64,000 nucleotides of DNA from assembly GCA_032718475.1 (NCBI GenBank), contig JAUCBJ010008494.1, positions 1 to 64,000 on the forward strand, read 5' to 3'. The position numbers and the translations under genes were made by a program. The notes beneath the pieces were generated by a model. That model ran no database searches. It saw nothing but the letters and a program-made list of their open reading frames with translations, and had not been told where the DNA came from. Below, in pieces: positions 22,983 to 35,357 of the stretch; positions within the stretch are counted from its first letter, which is position 1, and the number at the start of each line of letters is the position of its first letter. The stretch comes from Nemertoderma westbladi. Taxonomy: Eukaryota; Animalia; Xenacoelomorpha.

Positions 22983-23814
22983 TTAAAACGATGATATTCT
23001 TCACATAGGATCAGGATCATATTTCTTACACCCACCCCACATGCATTTTTAGATAAGTTATATTTCGTTGGCAGAGTTTGAAAACGAATCAGTTCTGGTG
23101 AATTATGCTAGCAATCATTATTATTCTATTATACTCACTATTAATAGTATTATGCAAAAGAAATCATTCTGATTGATTAATATTCTGATTAAAATATACA
23201 AAACAATTCTAGATAATATTTAAAACAAGCCCAATAAGCACATAGGAAAGCACTTAAGCCATTTTTATTCGAAAAATCGACTTATTCGTTCGAAAAAGAA
23301 ACCCCAGTACTATACTCTTCAGAGGAAACTGGAACTATTTAGTTACTGCCATTTAATACACCAATAATAGATAGCCGATTGCTAGTTGTGCCGACGCACT
23401 ATTTGTTCAGAGTTGTGCCCTTTCAGTGGGACTGATTATTTGAAAATTGTGATGACATAAATTCCTGTGCTACCACTAGGGGGTGTGGTGTATAATGTGA
23501 GGGAGTGTGATATTGCTTTTCGTCATTGGTTATTTATTGATATTAAGTTTCTTTGATTGTAGGCACAACTTGGTGTCCGGAAACATCATATATCTTGTAT
23601 GATTGAGGGGAATAACAAATTGAATATTTAAGATCGCGATGTTATATTATAGTGCTTTTAATGAAACATCGAATATCACTAATTTTTATTTGTATAAGTT
23701 GATGAACAAATGATATGAATGATGAATGGGAAGTTATTCTTATTATATTTTTATTATAAGGTGGTCGATAAAGCAATTTCCAGGCTCAATTTCTTTGTAA
23801 ATGTACGGTCTCAG

Positions 23815-24038
23815 GAATTCTTGGCATGCGAGTATTCTAAGCCGTGGGTATTCTTAGCCTTGCATTCTTAGCCCGTGGGTATTCTTAGCCTTGCGTTCTT
23901 AGCCCGTGGGTATTCTTAGCCCGCGAAACAATAACGTTTATTGTTTTGGTTCCCCCAATACTCCTCTGAAACCTGCTCCTTTGCTAACCTGCTCCTTTAC
24001 TAACTCGCGGGCTAAGAACACTCGCGGGCTAAGAATTC
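23815..24038. mobile_element. MITE-like element with internally repetitive inverted ends
   Basis: gaattcttggcatgcgagtattc...(ttcttagcc)n on the left and (gcgggctaagaa)n...gaattc on the right. Confidence 0.55.
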
Positions 24039-24396
24039 ATCCAACAAATGTACTTGTTCAGAGCTGTGAATTCTACATTTCTTCTATATTGAATGTACAG
24101 CAGCAGGGCATTGGAAATTTTAATCATTGCTTCACAAAATAGAAGAAAATGATTATTGTAATATTTCGTTTTATTCCATATCATAACATCCAATCTTTTA
24201 ACACCCTATCTCGTATAATCATGCCTCCCCCATCTCGTAGCACATAATGCATTATTGTCAAAATATGTGCAAAATAAACTTGGTCTCTAATCCGATCTAT
24301 AGACTCTTGGGTGTCCACAACGGTATTACATGTAGTACATAGAACAGCAGATTGGCAATAATAATTTGCTACAAGCGTGCAATAATAATTACCAAA

Positions 24397-24621
24397 GGGT
24401 GAGTACAAAACAAATACACAAGACCCAAAAGACTTAAGACCTGTACGAAACACATGTGATAACTTTCGCTTATTGTTTTGGTTCCCCCAACTATGACTAT
24501 GTAACCTGCTCCTTTACTAACCTGCTCATTTAAATGCCAATGAGACCTAACGCTCTTTGGGACCTAACGCTACTTTACCTCTTAGTTTTGTACGTCCTTG
24601 GTCTTTGTTTTGTACTGACCC
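24397..24621. mobile_element. MITE of the same family as 41180-41550
   Basis: gggtgagtacaaaacaaa ... tttgttttgtactgaccc inverted ends and shared internal motifs; no clear TSD. Confidence 0.7.
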
Positions 24622-24927
24622 AGATACAAGAGCAGAAAACCAGCTAGATCGTCCTGCTACAACGTTACTAACTTCAGTAACTGTATCATAGACCTATTTG
24701 CCTTTAACACTTTGCGTACCAACACGGTACGAGTTCATCACACGTATTATCATGACACGTATTCGTGTTCATAATTCATGACAATGCTCATAATGCCGCC
24801 TTTAAATACTGTAATTATAACTTAACCCCCATGGCAGCAAAGTGCCACTTTTACATATATATAATTCAGTACTAGCAGGCAATACCCGAGGCATGTTACC
24901 CGGTATTTCCCGCTACCGACATAGACA

Positions 24928-24963
24928 TAGAGGAGTACTGGAACTACTGCTGCTCTAAATAAT
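24928..24963 (-). mobile_element. Isolated 36-bp internal fragment of the RTE family
   Basis: tagaggagtactggaactactgctgctctaaataat is identical to 2525-2560. Confidence 0.8.
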
Positions 24964-26368
24964 AGGTATAGGCCTACTGACGTACCGGTACTTAGTACCG
25001 GTACCGAACGTGAATTCAACTTTTCGAAAAGTGGCCCATAACGACCGCTGGTTAAAGTTAAACACACATGCCAAGTTCCAGCGCAATCCCTCTGCCCGTT
25101 TTGGAGGAGTTCGAACACAGAGAGAGAGAATTTGATTTTTATAGGTATAGATTATCCTGATCCCCAGGGCAGCAGTGTGTCGCCTTTATATAATTATAAC
25201 CTAACCCCCAGGGCGGTAGAGTGCCGCCTTTACATATATTATCCTGACTCCCAGGGCGACAGGGTGCCGCCTCTATTTAAAACCTCTTATAACTATTGGG
25301 GCGGAAAAATGGAGTTCATATTCGTGTTGTGCAGGAAAAACTGGTCTAGAAAAGCTAATTTATTGCTTGAAGGGATTCCTATTGGTTTGATTAATTTTAA
25401 ATTACATAGTTTATGCAATTTAATTTCAATTTAGCCAAAAATTATGTAACAAATGATTAAGGCTGCAGTGTGCCCCCCGGGGTTCAAATGAAAGATTTAT
25501 AAATTTCGAAAATGGTTAAAGGCGGCAGTGTGCCGTCTTTGAGGGTAGGATAAGTAATAATATGGTTATCCTCTTTATATATAACAACAAAATAAACCTT
25601 GGTAAGATCAAATATACTTTCTTGGAAGTAAAAATTTACGTAATTTATCTTTGGTGCACAAAGGGCTTCACTTATTTTCTTAAAATTTAATAATAGTTTG
25701 AGTAGGTTCTCGAGAATTTCCTTGCCATATTCGTAAACATGAAGATTGTAATGTTGTGATAGACATAAGAGCATATTCTTAAAATATATTAAATATAATA
25801 TAAATATAATTTGCTATACAAATTTCTGGCTGCTTATATTGCATGCATATAGTCCAGGAAAATCAAATCAAGTCTCACACTGTTCATATAGGAATAAGCA
25901 ATCAAAGTGTAATCTATGTACCCCTTTCGATATCGCATAATGCACTGATTCTTAATAATAATATACAATTCTTTCTTATATTTAATAAACTGTAATTTTA
26001 TTAGGAAGAACTTTCACCTTTCTGTAATATAGTATTACTTCTAAGAATACACCTCGTTAGTAATAATAATGTTATAATTTTAATTAGATTGTTTACTCGG
26101 GTAACTGGTGGCTTTTAATATAAATGCTATTTAATTATTTATTTAATACTAAATATTATTACCTTTAACAATGGATGTTACCCCATACATGAAAATTTTT
26201 TTTTTGCTCCAATCATGTCTTGATGAATAAAATATAAAAAATAGAAAGTTTCATGGGTGGTGCTACAAATTCTGGAACATTTAATACAAAAATCGACACA
26301 CCGGCACTATTAATGGTATAGTACCATATTAATTAAAAGTATACAGAGACAAACATTTACGGATAATA

Positions 26369-26969
26369 CTACTAGGATCGGCATGCTGCATTGCAGCTGC
26401 ATTTTTAAGAATGCTGTGCCGGCTTGTCAACAAAATTGCACCGCCACAACTCCCTATCACCCATGACATTTGCTAGATCATCCGCATCTTTAAGGCCAGT
26501 GTCCTTTAAGATGCGTCTCAAGAAAGTCATGGGCTGTCCACCATGCTTATTCACTCCATGAGGCTGCCAAAGTACAAGATTATGCACTGGCTGGTCCTCA
26601 CGGCGAAAGCAATGTCCTGCAAAGCGGAGGCGATTTTGTTCTAGTGTCAAGCTTGGGGGAACCAATGAGACACCTCCAATGTTATATAGTGTCTGGTTGG
26701 AGATGTGTGCATTGTACTTGACACAATGTACCCGGCGTAGCATTCTTGTGAATGTGCCATCCAGAGATTTGGTGTCCTCAGCAGTTAGAGCCCAGCATGG
26801 ACTCCCGTAGAGGAGTACTGGAATTACTGCTGCTCTAAATAATCGGACCTTAAGTTTCCGATTAATTCTAGGTGACTTCCAAATCCTGGAAAGCCTATTC
26901 AAGGCTGCCCATGCCTTTCCCTTACGTATTCGAAGGTCCTCACCTGACTTCCGGATCCATGATCCCAGG
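26369..26969 (-). mobile_element. 5'-truncated RTE copy with TSD
   Basis: Intact C-terminal ORF (…FVDKPAQHS*), (TAG)n tail, GGATAATA at 26361-26368 and 26968-26975. Confidence 0.92.
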
Positions 26970-27496
26970 ATAATAATAGGTAGAGAACTATAGAGAAACC
27001 CACCACACAGCACAAATAGCAGTTAAAAATTATAAAAGAGAGTTAAGTACAGAAGAGGCGATGTAGATTAATTAGCTAGTTGCTGCATATGACATTCCTA
27101 TCCCGTCTGGCCTTTGGCAGCCCAGCACCATCTTCCAGTCCAAGCCCACTTCTCCTTTTGATGGGATGCGCCTCGGATAAGGGCAAACTGGACTCGTGTC
27201 CTACTCTTACTGTCTTACTCGGGTAAATTGGTTAGCGCAAATTTGCGGGATTTCCGGCATCGGGACCGGGATTATCACTCTCGGGATCCCGTCTGCGTAA
27301 AACTTAACTATAAATAAACTCCAGTAAACACTATATTACGTAACTAACGGTCAACAGTCAAATTATTCATAAACCACAATATTACTTACAAAATAATAAA
27401 CTAACTTAATTCAATTTAATACGATGCAGAGAGGTTCCAACCACGAAGACTATAACAGTCTACGAAACCAAGACTTCTCCATTTGGCTGAATATAC

Positions 27497-27658
27497 AGTA
27501 TATACCTTGCCTGTTTTGGCAAGTATATAAATATACCTTGCCTGTTTTGGCAAGTATATAAATATACCTTGCCTGTTTTGGCAAGTATATAAATAAACCT
27601 TGCCTGTTTTGGCAAGTATATAAATATACCTTGCCTGTTTTGGCAAGTATATAAATAT
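27497..27658. repeat. 32-bp minisatellite, ~5 copies, each with a small hairpin (cttgcc...ggcaag)
   Basis: ataccttgcctgttttggcaagtatataaat repeated. Confidence 0.92.
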
Positions 27659-28023
27659 GCATTGCATGTTCTGGTAAGTATTTTAATTTGATAGAGTATA
27701 TTATAAATATGATGGAAACTTCCTGTAAGCTTCGGGTGTAAGACAAATGATGAATAAATTATAAAACAAAATATTATTTTATGGCTTGTTCCCTGGAGCA
27801 AAGAGTAGTAACGCAGGAGGAGTAAACGAAATGTAATATGTCCTCTACTTAAAGTAATTGGATTGCCGTACTACTGTCATGAGAATTTCAAAGATTTTTG
27901 AGTCAAATTTTAATAATTATCTCGAAACAGGAAATGTCTACATATTTGCATGTCTACGTATTTGCATAGAGGATAAAACAAGCAGGAAACGAGCTGTATC
28001 AACAAATCAGGCTGATAATATAA

Positions 28024-28250
28024 CAAGTATTATCAAGTCAAGTTTGTCAAGTCAAGTGATGTCAAGTCAGTATGTCAAGTCGTATGGCGCCAAGTCAAAC
28101 TACTATCAAGTCACGTGATGTCAATCAAGGCATTAATTATGAAGTGATGTCGAGTCCAATGATGTCAAGTCAAGTGTCATAAAACCAAGTGATATCAAGT
28201 CAAATAATTTAAATTGATAAAAAGTGTTGTAAAGTCAAGTTAAGTCATAT
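28024..28250. repeat. Degenerate (CAAGT)n simple repeat
   Basis: Many tcaagt units. Confidence 0.7.
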
Positions 28251-29110
28251 AGCATCATGATAAATGACCATGATGTCTGTCACGGTTTTCTAATTTTTGA
28301 AATGGCTTCCGTCAATTCGTTTCACCCACTGCATCGTACCCATCTTGTGAAATTCCACCATAAGAGGGAGGCAAAGAATCGCAAGTTTTCTTTGTTTTAG
28401 CTTTTCGAAGGCTCGTCATTGTTAAAATTGATTTCTAATATTAAGGGGACCATTATCTGATATTCATGATTCTGTATATAAAACAAGATCTTTCACAATT
28501 TTGACATTTTGACATTTTCCACTGTAAATTTACTTATTTTTGTCCAAAATTTTTGAGTCTACTCTTTAAACTAATAGCTGCAAACTCAAAATATTATAAG
28601 TACAAAATGTCAAACTGAAAAATGTTGTGTTTGGTTTGATAATTCTGAAGGTATACGGGTTTTCGATGTCGCTGAACAGGATGACACTAGTTATAAATAT
28701 TTCTGGTATGTGCATGTGCAAAACCATTTTTGGTGCCATTCCAGTGCCCCAAAACGAAAACTACAAGTAAGACAAAATTATAAAGTGTTAAATTTTGACT
28801 TTGGTCATAAATATCTATACTGGTTTTCAAAGTCGCTGATTACTACGATATAACTCGTAAAAAATCATTCGTGCTAACGCAACTATCATTTTTACTGCTT
28901 GTCTGGTGGGACGGATAAATACTGCACAAATGGCGTAAAATTTCAAACGCCAAAAATCGAATTTAGTTCGATAATCCGACATTTATGAGTGTCATATTCG
29001 TGATCAGCGTCCCAGAAAACCCACAATGTCATAAAATCAGGTTGATTTGATAATCATTTTTGTATTATCAAATTTGTGCTACTTGTATTTTCATGCCGCA
29101 CATTGACACG

Positions 29111-29511
29111 TGTGAGAGTTCACCCCAGGTCCCGGGATTCAGGGTCGATATGGTTTGTCGTAAATATACAATTTCTTAAAGTTACAGACTTTATTTTCAT
29201 TTGCTAAAAGTATCAGCGACAATACATACGGAAATACTACATAAATACAAAAACAAAACCTACACCAACCCACAACCTCGGACTCTACACTCTCCATACG
29301 GTACTGCCTATATCAAACCCCGTGCACAGAGCTCCAAATAGATGTAAACCACAGCTGTTTTACCTGTTAAGTGAATACAGGCTGTTAGCGGTAAGCCTAA
29401 CAATAGAGTGACACATTTCCATCTGGGTCCACAATAGAGCTCTGCACAATATCCCAAATCAACTCAACCAATATCCCCAGGATGAGGCAGCCTATGAGAC
29501 GTACTATCACA
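29111..29511 (-). repeat. Gypsy 3' LTR
   Basis: Direct repeat of 35814-36214; adjacent polypurine tract aaggaggggggaga on - at 29512-29525. Confidence 0.95.
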
Positions 29512-30442
29512 TCTCCCCCCTCCTTAAAAAGTATCGTCCTCGAGCTATCATATCCCCCCCCCCCCCCCCCCTCAAACATATTTGTACGTTACCGGAAAAA
29601 AATATATCTAACAAATAGCTACATACAGTATATATATCAAGCTAAACCATATAAACGATATTGCAGTAATATAATGAAAACAGTAGGCGTAGCTCAAAGG
29701 AGTAAAATCCTAAAGTGAAAGTAAAGCCGCTCATATACCATCTAGGCTCGGTTATATCATCTACCTACACAGGTTATATCATCTACCTACACACAATGTG
29801 TAACAAATACATAAGTACTGCAGGTTACGACCAGCAAATGCACCTATATAAATCCCTTGCAATTGTAACTATACAAAACAGTTACATAGCTTACAAGCCA
29901 AAGTTACTCCTATGCTGAGCTGATATCAATATACCTATCAATAAATATAATATCTGCACACAGTTGCTTAAACTTAATCAATATACATTTTACATACAGT
30001 AACCGTATTATTGCATAAATACGAATAAATAACAATATCGTGATATCAATCATCGGGGTAATCAATACCGGTAACCGTACCGCTTAGCTTTAGGCTAAAG
30101 CAAATAACAACCAACATAACTAACAACAATTAACCACACCGCTATAATGCCAATAATGAGCCAAACTACTATCGGTACTGTAAGTACGTCGGTCGTACAT
30201 ATAATACATACATATAATATACAGTATGGATCTGAGATTTTTGGACAAGGTTCAATCACATATCTCGTTATTATAAGTCGATCGTAAAAAGTAATATTAT
30301 ACAAAAATATAAATAATATGTACAACTACCCAAAATATGATAGGTAACCCGAGGACGACAAAAAATGGCGTATCGGATTTATTTTGTAAACAACTCAAAA
30401 TAATCAATGTGTCTCCCACAAGCAATAATTACAATTTTTTTT

Positions 30443-31564
30443 TTAATTGCTGTCGCTGTCAGTCTGACAACTACTATCAGTATCGTCGCCGTCAAGTTGG
30501 TAAAATTGCTTCAGGTCCTTCGCGTTGACAGTAATTTTCCGCTTACTGCATTTACCGCTATTTAGTACCTTATGTATTGAATATGTATAGTTGCCTAGTT
30601 TACGGTGGATACTGTATGGGCCGGTGTACTTAGAGCGCAACTTATCAGTGCGTTTTCTTTCTGATCGATCGTAATATAGAACTAATTGTCCTGGTTGGTA
30701 TGTAACTATTCTACTGCGATTCCGCTTGGCTATCTTGGAATCATGTGTTCGTTTCTGTTTATTTTGGGCCTGTTGTAAACACCGACGAGCTACCTCCTGT
30801 CCTCGCTGCAAACATAGACGTACCTCGTCTGGGAAACTAGCTTCGTCCGCTAACAAACTGAAAGGTCTTTGGATTCGTGTATCTATAGGCGTTGAAGCCT
30901 GTCTACCAAACATCAAATAGAAAGGAGTTTCATTTAAACTGCTCTGAACTGATGTATTATAATGGAATGCTACAGCAGGTAATATGTCATCCCATGTATC
31001 AGGTGAAGTTGTTGTTAGCGCCATCATGTGTGTGGCTATGGCATTTGTCCTCTCGGTAAGTCCGTTACAGGCAGGGTGGTAAACTGCTGTCAAGACAGGG
31101 ACAACTCCAAATATTTTCTCTATCTCTGTGAATACACCTGACGTAAAATTACTACCTCTGTCCGTAAGGATAGTTTCCGGGGCCCCATAAACCAAAAAAT
31201 ATCTATCCACTAAAATCTGAGCTACAGTGTTAGCCTTCTCATCTGGAAGTCCATATAGTTGTACGTAGCGAGTTAAATGGTCAACAACTGTTAAAACTAC
31301 TTTATTTCGTCTAGAGGACTCCTTAAAGCCCTTCACTATGTCCATTGAAATACGCTGCAACACACGTTCTACCGCAGGTAAAGGGGTTAATGGTTGTGTT
31401 TGTGGATTACCTTTGCGTCGTTGGCACGGGTCACAACGTTGTATGTGTTGTTTTATGTCAGATCTAAATCCAGTCCAGTAATATTTCATCTCTACTACAC
31501 TGATGGTTTTATCAACGCCCATGTGTGACTTGTCGCTGTCGTCTAAGTATCTTGGGAATGACAA
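30443..31564 (-). CDS. Gypsy integrase (separated from pol by a frameshifting deletion)
   Basis: HMG...CDPC zinc-finger remnant, SMD / TDRGSNF / NGLTER DDE core and GPY motif. Confidence 0.9.
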   Translation of the reverse strand: MSFPRYLDDSDKSHMGVDKTISVVEMKYYWTGFRSDIKQHIQRCDPCQRRKGNPQTQPLTPLPAVERVLQRISMDIVKGFKESSRRNKVVLTVVDHLTRYVQLYGLPDEKANTVAQILVDRYFLVYGAPETILTDRGSNFTSGVFTEIEKIFGVVPVLTAVYHPACNGLTERTNAIATHMMALTTTSPDTWDDILPAVAFHYNTSVQSSLNETPFYLMFGRQASTPIDTRIQRPFSLLADEASFPDEVRLCLQRGQEVARRCLQQAQNKQKRTHDSKIAKRNRSRIVTYQPGQLVLYYDRSERKRTDKLRSKYTGPYSIHRKLGNYTYSIHKVLNSGKCSKRKITVNAKDLKQFYQLDGDDTDSSCQTDSDSN

Positions 31565-34500
31565 TTTGTATTTTTAGCTTTTGTTTACTGTGTGATATGT
31601 GACACAATATGCTATCTATCATACAGTAGCTGCCTTTTAATTTGAGCATAGCTTTAAATTCTGATAATTGTTTGGTATTAGTTGGCATTGATCCAGTAAG
31701 TAACAATTCTATCATCGGTTGGATATTTCGATCGTTATGTTGTAATTCTCTTAATTTCCCTAAAGAACAAAATTGTGTGTGTTCTGAAAAATAATGTTTG
31801 TCATTATTCACTAAAAATATGACGTCATCGGCAAAATCATTGGACGGAGGGCTGTCACTGTTATGTGTGTCTGTATCATTGTCAATATTGGTATCGCTTG
31901 ACATATTGTCAGCATCCACATTCGTATCACCAGACACATTCTTACTCTCTACTGCTGTAAATTGTCTATAACTACGAGATTGGTCTGGTCCCGACTCACA
32001 TGTTACGTCTTGTTCAGGAAAAACTGCAAAACAAAAGTTATCACCTGAGTCATTCTCAGTTACTATATTCTGTTGGATTTGCTCGTTATTTATTCTAGAA
32101 CGTTCTATACAATTGTCAAATTCTACATCTGGCTTACTTATGTGAGGGATTCGAGACAGACAATCGGCCCGGTTGTACTTTCCTTGTTTATACATGCAAT
32201 TGTAACGAAAGACTGATAGTTTGTGCGCCCATCTCTGTAACCGGCCAGGGAGTTCACGCTTAGTGTTCAAACAACTCAATGGGCTATGATCAGATATCAA
32301 AGTAAACTCACGTCCCAACAGATAAAATCGAAATTTTTCTGTTGCCCAGACAACGCTCAAGCCCTCAAGCTCAGAGATGGACCACTTTCTCTCAGCAACC
32401 GTCAGACTTCTAGACGCATAGGCTATAACTCCATGGTCTTGGTATAAAACAGCACCTAAACTGAAACCGCTAGCATCTGTTTCTAAGTAGAAATGTCTGT
32501 CAAAATCTGGGTGTGAAAGTATGGGTGGGTTAACCATCCGTTTCTTCAACTCACAAAATGCTACATCACAATCACTGTCCCATATAAAACGAGTATCCTT
32601 ACGCAATAATAAATTCAAGGGAGCCACAATAGTGCTATATCCTTCTATAAACTTCCTATAAAATCCACACAAACCTAAGAAACTATGTAATTGTTTCGCG
32701 TTCGTTGGTTGTGGAAAATCAACCATTGTCTGGGTTTTACCGGGATCAACATGTACACCAGACTCATCTACTACATGGCCTAGGAACTTTACTGTAGTTG
32801 TACCGAATACAGACTTAGAGGGTTTCAGTTTCAGATTCAGGCTAATAATTCTACTAAGTACGGTTGCGACAAGTATAAGGTGTGCCTCCCATGTCTGAGA
32901 ATATAGTACAACATCATCTAAATACACTAACACAAAGTCAATACCTATCATAGCCAGTTGCATTAAGCGTTGACAAGTAGAGGGACAACCTTGCAAACCG
33001 TATGGCATTCTAGTAAAGTGATAGTTACCGTTGTGTGTGGTAAACCCTGTCTTAATTTGGTCGTCAGGAGTGAGGCCTACTTGCCAAAACATTGAACGAA
33101 AGTCCAACGCAGTGAAATATTTTGGTTTGGCTGCGCCTACCTCAGCAACCATTTCATCAATGCGTGGGAGTGGCCAAAACTGTGGAACTGAAACTAAATT
33201 TAAAGCGCGAAAATCTACTGCAAACCGATAATTACCATCCGGCTTTCTAACTAGAATAATGGGGGATGCCCATTCACCAGTACCCGGTCGTATTATGTCA
33301 TGTTGTAATAAGTTGTCTAACTGTCGTTGCCCTTCTGGTCTTAAACCTATAGGTACTGGGAAAGGTTTGGAACGGACAGCTTTAGCGTCTGGCTTTAAAC
33401 TAATTGTATGTTCGAACAAATCAGTCTTCCCTATATCAAACTCATGGTATGAAAAAGCGCCAGCGTTGTTACAGGCTAAGTTTAAAATTTCAACTTGCTC
33501 ATCTTTGGTAAGGTGACCTAAGGGTAGTTCACGTTCTAAATACGAACGGCGTTCTTCTACAGTAGTGGGACTGGGATGCTTTTCACCAACATTCGTTGAT
33601 GCTGCCAGGGCCATACACTTAGCTACACGCTGATTGGCATATATTGTTAAGGGATAATTGTTTGGGTTAAGTATCTGCACTGCTACATTACAACCCCCTG
33701 AATGTGTCAATGCTTGTGGGGTTGAAATGCTACGTGCTGTCAAAAAGTTACTCTTAGATGTTTCCATGGGCTCGACAAATACAGAATCATCGCTATCTGC
33801 TAGCCTGTCTATTTTGCCACGAATTATTGTTTGTGTTCCAGCTGGAATTTTCAGACGTTTCGTAGCTTTAATAAAATAGCAAAAAGGGTTTGTAGATTGG
33901 CGTTGCCGGGTGGGGGTTGATTCTGTTCTAGAAAAATATACGTGTTCACCAGACTGCATTATTAGACACCGGTTCCTAAAATCTAATGAAATAACGTTTC
34001 TATCCAAAAAATCGAGGCCTAATATCAATGACGGGCCTCCTTCATCAGACACTGTACTAGCCATATCAACAACCTGAAATTCCTGGGTAATGTTGTAACG
34101 GGCTGTAATCGAAATATCTAGGTAAATCACACCCAATACTTTCACTCGTCCACCAATCCCTCGAATCGAACTCAACTGACTGGGTTCGAATTTGACACCT
34201 GAAGGGACTTGTCGAGAATCTAATACTGAAAAATCACTACCAGGATCTACAAAACTTTCTACTGGACTATCCTGCAATTTGATTGTGAGATGCATATCAG
34301 GCCTATCTGTGTTTGGTGCTGAATACATAGTTTGACCTTGTGTGTGTTGTTGTCCATACGAGTTGTTGTTTGTATTAGATGCACGGGGTTGCATACAGTT
34401 ACGGCTTAAGTGCCCCACCCGTCCACAATTATAGCAGTCTCGAGTCTCACTCTGATATTGCTGATAAGGCTGTCGGTTGTACGTTTGATTAACTGCATTG

Positions 34501-35357
34501 CGTGGGTACCAGTACGATCTGTCGTTGGTTCTAGAATCTGGCATGTCTTGTCTAAATGGGTTGGTGTTATTATACCTAGGTTGAGGGTCACTAATTGAAC
34601 TACGTTTTGGTGCAGTTTGTAACTCAGTTAACTGTTTCTGTAGTTTAACTAATTCTGCTTCAAGATATGAATTATTATTGTTATTATTATTACCTGTTGG
34701 GGTAGACTTAATGTCAGATCGTGGGTTAAAAGTCTCCCTGTTATTGTCACGTTGTTGCAAGTCCCTAGTATTCTTATTCGTCCAATAATTATTGCCAACA
34801 GGGATACATGTCTCGGTTTTATTTCCCCACCCAGTAGAACCCAAATTTGATTCTTGGAGAAGATACAGTTCTTCGCGTTTTGCACGTCGAACTGCTTCTT
34901 CGAAACATTTTGGCTCAGTAAGTCTAATATTTCTGGCTAAATCGGGAGATATTCCTCGAAAAAACATCGGTAAAAGTAAATTTTCCCTCTCTTCGATAGC
35001 CATAGATGGAAATGACTGCTGCCCCAACCTATGTATATCTGTAGCATAATCACCAACACTTTCCCCTACTCTCTGTCTACGATCTAGCAAACAATTATAT
35101 AAAAAGGCCGTGTCTTGTGGGCCAAACTTTGCACGTAATGTGGTACAAATTTCCAAAAAAATTTCCTGGTCATCGGTAGAAAGTTCATCTAATACACGTG
35201 CTGCTGCACCTACAATATAAATTGGGACAATCTTACCAAGCATTTCATTAGTCCACTCACGGAGTTTTGCAATCCTGTTGACCAACTTGATCCATGCATC
35301 AACATCCCCAGTCCCATCAAAAGAATCCGGTTCTTTACGAATTCCATCAGCCATCAT
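31512..35357 (-). CDS. Gypsy gag-pol polyprotein (Gag, CCHC knuckle, protease, RT, RNase H)
   Basis: CYNCGRVGHLSRNC; FVDPGSDFS...ILGLDFL; WASPIILVRK, RMPYGL, YLDD; ETDAS, ELEGL, SDHSPL, ADCLSR. Confidence 0.93.
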   Translation of the reverse strand: MMADGIRKEPDSFDGTGDVDAWIKLVNRIAKLREWTNEMLGKIVPIYIVGAAARVLDELSTDDQEIFLEICTTLRAKFGPQDTAFLYNCLLDRRQRVGESVGDYATDIHRLGQQSFPSMAIEERENLLLPMFFRGISPDLARNIRLTEPKCFEEAVRRAKREELYLLQESNLGSTGWGNKTETCIPVGNNYWTNKNTRDLQQRDNNRETFNPRSDIKSTPTGNNNNNNNSYLEAELVKLQKQLTELQTAPKRSSISDPQPRYNNTNPFRQDMPDSRTNDRSYWYPRNAVNQTYNRQPYQQYQSETRDCYNCGRVGHLSRNCMQPRASNTNNNSYGQQHTQGQTMYSAPNTDRPDMHLTIKLQDSPVESFVDPGSDFSVLDSRQVPSGVKFEPSQLSSIRGIGGRVKVLGVIYLDISITARYNITQEFQVVDMASTVSDEGGPSLILGLDFLDRNVISLDFRNRCLIMQSGEHVYFSRTESTPTRQRQSTNPFCYFIKATKRLKIPAGTQTIIRGKIDRLADSDDSVFVEPMETSKSNFLTARSISTPQALTHSGGCNVAVQILNPNNYPLTIYANQRVAKCMALAASTNVGEKHPSPTTVEERRSYLERELPLGHLTKDEQVEILNLACNNAGAFSYHEFDIGKTDLFEHTISLKPDAKAVRSKPFPVPIGLRPEGQRQLDNLLQHDIIRPGTGEWASPIILVRKPDGNYRFAVDFRALNLVSVPQFWPLPRIDEMVAEVGAAKPKYFTALDFRSMFWQVGLTPDDQIKTGFTTHNGNYHFTRMPYGLQGCPSTCQRLMQLAMIGIDFVLVYLDDVVLYSQTWEAHLILVATVLSRIISLNLKLKPSKSVFGTTTVKFLGHVVDESGVHVDPGKTQTMVDFPQPTNAKQLHSFLGLCGFYRKFIEGYSTIVAPLNLLLRKDTRFIWDSDCDVAFCELKKRMVNPPILSHPDFDRHFYLETDASGFSLGAVLYQDHGVIAYASRSLTVAERKWSISELEGLSVVWATEKFRFYLLGREFTLISDHSPLSCLNTKRELPGRLQRWAHKLSVFRYNCMYKQGKYNRADCLSRIPHISKPDVEFDNCIERSRINNEQIQQNIVTENDSGDNFCFAVFPEQDVTCESGPDQSRSYRQFTAVESKNVSGDTNVDADNMSSDTNIDNDTDTHNSDSPPSNDFADDVIFLVNNDKHYFSEHTQFCSLGKLRELQHNDRNIQPMIELLLTGSMPTNTKQLSEFKAMLKLKGSYCMIDSILCHISHSKQKLKIQIVIPKILRRQRQVTHGR

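Noticed and set aside
30095-30325. Small hydrophobic ORF downstream of Gypsy pol (env or FAST-like fusogen?)
   Set aside because: Starts at TTG, has no polybasic tail after the hydrophobic stretch, and T-rich strands produce such ORFs by chance. Only conservation in other copies would revive it.
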